A stretch of DNA of 64,000 nt from Asterias rubens. Taxonomy: Eukaryota. Both the position numbers and the translations under genes were made by a program. Location: contig NC_047071.1 in assembly GCF_902459465.1 (NCBI RefSeq), forward strand, positions 4,092,001-4,156,000. Direction: 5' to 3'. The notes under the pieces were generated by a model. That model did not search any database. It saw only the letters and a list, made by a program, of their open reading frames with translations, and was not told the origin of the DNA. Every line of letters begins with the position of its first letter. The stretch's first letter is position 1. Positions 60,526 to 64,000 of this stretch are shown here, piece after piece.

Positions 60526-61315
60526 AGGTCTCTGGGAGCCCATCAAAGTTGGCGGTTGAAGCATATATGAGCAGATACTATAGTATTTAGTGAACAACCA
60601 CCAGTTAACCCATGGATGGTTAACCCAACTAATAAATATATATGCATTGGAATGGTCTATAGATGTAAATCAAATGAGTATTCATTGAAATTGTATAAAT
60701 AGCTGCACTTAGACTGTCTTTTTCGATTAACTATTTTGTTTTACTTTTACTAGGTTTGGGTCTACAAGGCTGAGTTATGTGTTCATGTTGACGCCAATTT
60801 TAGAAATGCTATCTGGAATAATACTTTAATGAACTTCAAACAACAGTGAATTTTCTACCTCCATGATTTCACCAAACATAATGTGAGTTGCACATTGTTG
60901 TTGTTGTTTTGGCAAATAATTGAGCAAGTCATTTTACATCATAACATTTTGACCACACTTACCTTTGGTTGTGATTATCGAGATCGACAGACAGAAAGCT
61001 TTCAACCAAACCCGGAGCTGAGATTCGACGGCACCCAGACCACCATGTCGTCAGGGAGTCCATCCACACCGTCAGGCTAGCTCATGAGCACGACACGTCG
61101 TCCGGTGATGTGGTCGTGAACCAAGTGTCTTCTTTGTTACGACGACAGACGACAACCGAACTCCGTGATCAAATCATGCAAAAGTAACCTTCGTATTTCC
61201 CGCCCAATCGTCATCAAAGATCATAAAACAAATCTCCCCTTTCGTTTCGTTTGATTCATATAAGTCGTAAAACCAGGGACGGCCGTCGTCTGTCTCGGCT
61301 ATCTCTTGGTTCTAA

Positions 61316-61351
61316 CATAGAGTAAGGACAGATCTCTGTCCTTTCTCTATG
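61316..61351. mobile_element. P-superfamily-like TIR-only remnant (putative excision footprint)
   Basis: GTTCTAA|CATAGAGTAAGGACAGA-TCTCTGTCCTTTCTCTATG|GTTCTAA. Similar 7-bp-TSD remnants lie at 10072-10092, 13426-13453, 38891-38916 and 60611-60618. Confidence 0.7.
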
Positions 61352-64000
61352 GTTCTAACAAAGAAACAGACTGTACGGTCGGTGACTGTCTAGCCACAGG
61401 GTACATCAACAAAATTTCATTGAATATTTTGTAGATAAGACAGAATATGCTATATCGGAAGTTAGTGTGACTCGAGGTTCGGAATGAACCGAACCGAACT
61501 GTTTAACCCGAAATTTATCATTTGAAAACGAAACAACAACAACGAAGATGCGTACCATGACCCCATTTTGGTCATTCATCTTTCTCAACAAAAAAAATGC
61601 ATTTATTAAGCTTTTTTGGGCTATCCAGGGTTGGGCCATCATTGGCTTTCTGTTGAATGCTTTAGACACCCAGCGTTCCGGAATCAACAGCGCCCTCTCT
61701 TCACTTCGTTCTTGTGTTTTTTTAGAAAACCAGGGTCCTACTATATACAGGGCTTGGAATACGCTCGTGATTTTGCAGTCGCCTGTCAGCGGCGTGCAGT
61801 TTGTCGTGCAGTTTGTTTTAGAGATGCAGTCGATTCCGGGATTTGGAAAATGCGCATAACAAAATTGTGATGATGGCATTGGATCCAACCGTGCACAGGA
61901 GGCTTGAAAATACCATGGGAAAATCACAAGGGAATAGCTATAGGATTTCATGAGATGTTTTCTGTCACAAAATATTTCCTTCTGCTGTTTGTTATTTTTT
62001 CCCCCATAATTTTGCCCTTAGCCGCGATGGAAAATGTACTTTTGGCGGATTTTAACAAACATTATATGAATTATCCCTTTCACCACTGTAATCTTTACGA
62101 CTTACATACACCCTTAACCCCATCTTCCCTTTAGCTTTTGCTATTAGCCCCTTCACACAATAAATACCCTAAACACGATATACAAAGGAGGAGGATCAAA
62201 TATGATGAATGGCTTGCCAAACTAGAGGAAGATGTAACAGAAACTTGGAAACAATGATAGGATGAGTCTACCGAATAAACTGACTCCCACAGCCAGGTCG
62301 TTGGGACGTACATCAACCATCTAAGCCCCGATGCTTGAGGCTTGACGCCAAGGGAATTGCCGTACAATACAACCCCATACCCTCCATACAATCAGGTATT
62401 GAACAAAATTGTGTATGAATGTTCCGCACGGTCAGGTCACCCAGGGTAGATAGAGCTGGGACAAGGTGGGTATGAATTCAATTTTTGGTTTATTCAAATG
62501 TGTTTTCTTTCATTCTTCATAACATATTCAGTGATTCGAATAGCTGCGGCTGCGTTTAACCTTCCAAAGGATAGGCAGTGAATCCACACAATGATCCTGC
62601 ATTAAAAACACCTTTTTTTTCTTCTATCGACACATTGCTATTGACTTATACTTTTGAGTGGGTTGTTTTTTTCGTATTAGAGAGCTTTATCAGAGTTCAG
62701 ACAGAGATCGGGACTTTCCGGTTCACTTCTTTTCGTCTGATGCTGATGGGAGTCGGGATTTTTTTCTTTTTCTAAAAGGCAGTTTCAACATGTTGGAAAC
62801 AAGATATTTTATTGGGAAGTGTTAACTGTTTTATTTTCCACAAGCAAAACAAGAATACCCAAAGGGTTGTCTGTGTGATATGGCGGCCCTGTTATTCTGG
62901 GTTTCAGCTCTGGGTGAAACGTCAGTTTTTCAAACTTCAATTCCCTCGATTATGTGCTGTTGTTTTTGTAGTCTTCCAAACCTGTGGTATAATTACTTTA
63001 TTGATGTTCCACATTTTTTGGTCTGTAACCTAAGTATTTTGAGTAGAAAAAAAATCAACAAAAGTGGAGATCCTCCGCCCCCCCCCCCAGCAAAAAAAAT
63101 ATCACATCACTGCAAGTTTCCGACTTTATCCCACCGCCAACAACTTCATCTTCGTATAGGTGACATTCTTTGCCAGTTGAGGGCGCTAGTGAAGTGTTTG
63201 GCACATGATTTTGCAGAGCAACACATTTTTGTTTTACCATTATTTTAGTTTTCTCAAATTTGATCACCATATTATGCTGATCACGTCTACCCATAACTTC
63301 GATGTTTTTGTTGTTGTTGTCATAAACCAACCAAGTTTTCTTTGATATGCCTACAGTGTAAAGTGATACCAACTTTGATTCAAACTCAATAAGATTTTGT
63401 TATTTTGGTAAAAGGCAAAAGCAAACGATAATGTTATTTATGAATTTTTTCATTGACGTGCCTTCAAACAAAAGTTAGGCCTATTAAGTATTTCACTTTC
63501 CCGCAGGAGTGAATGCCTCTCTAAAATAAAAACCATTTCACTTCATCGGTCATAATATCACATCATATCAGCTTCACTGGCAGGGGGGGTAGTTGGATGA
63601 CTTTTTATTGTTATAGAAACTTTGCCATCAAATTGTTCATCACACCTATGACCTTGTAAACATTGTGTGAACCAATTATTTCAAATTATTTCACATACAA
63701 AATAAGGTGAACAACTTAAATCCGCCAGGCCCCTCCCGCCAGGCGGGTTATGATACCTCGCAGTATTTCACCAGAACCAAAGGAGGGCGCTATTGTAAAG
63801 AAGCAGTAGGCATTATGTGTCCCATCCCCCCACCCTCGATTTCTTGATAGTGAAGTGCTTCTGTTTGAAGAAATTGAGTGTACCTTTTATCAAGTAATTA
63901 AGTTGACCTTTGATATTACACACAACCTGCTGTGCTTAATGATCAGAAATTGTGCAGGAATGTCACAAAATATTCACCAAAAAAGCATCCTCTATATAAC

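Noticed and set aside
61406-61951. Longest ORF in the window (181 aa, minus) and its overlapping plus-strand ORFs
   Set aside because: No recognisable domain, three overlapping frames are open, and there is no convincing splice context.
62895-62930. GAAACGTC-containing hairpin as a hammerhead
   Set aside because: There is no CUGANGA-like core upstream of the stem.

Overview
AT-rich, intron-containing animal genomic DNA. The repeat landscape suggests an invertebrate deuterostome such as a sea star (inference only). The first 24 kb hold three spliced genes reconstructed by hand from GT-AG boundaries and reading-frame continuity: part of ADP-dependent glucokinase (ADPGK, minus strand, running off the window start), a complete 7-exon metaxin-1-like gene (MTX1, 328 aa) and a complete 5-coding-exon methylmalonyl-CoA epimerase (MCEE, 164 aa). 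I recognise no protein-coding gene from about 24 kb to 64 kb. The window is dense in non-autonomous DNA transposons (about 12 Kolobok-type TTAA MITEs of one family, plus Harbinger-like and CACTA-like MITEs), tRNA-derived SINE pieces, an L2 LINE tail, minisatellites and one assembly gap. The most unusual signals are: (1) a ~310-nt tRNA-Asn-like retroposon present three times in MCEE introns, each copy with a 13-14 bp target-site duplication (TSD) but with different, circularly permuted or inverted boundaries; (2) five 8-36 bp palindromic inserts with 7-bp TSDs that look like P-element excision footprints; (3) a 55-nt Penelope-type hammerhead-like motif inserted alone with a 16-bp TSD; (4) tandem duplication of the MCEE stop-codon region. 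No CRISPR, rRNA or prokaryotic features were found.
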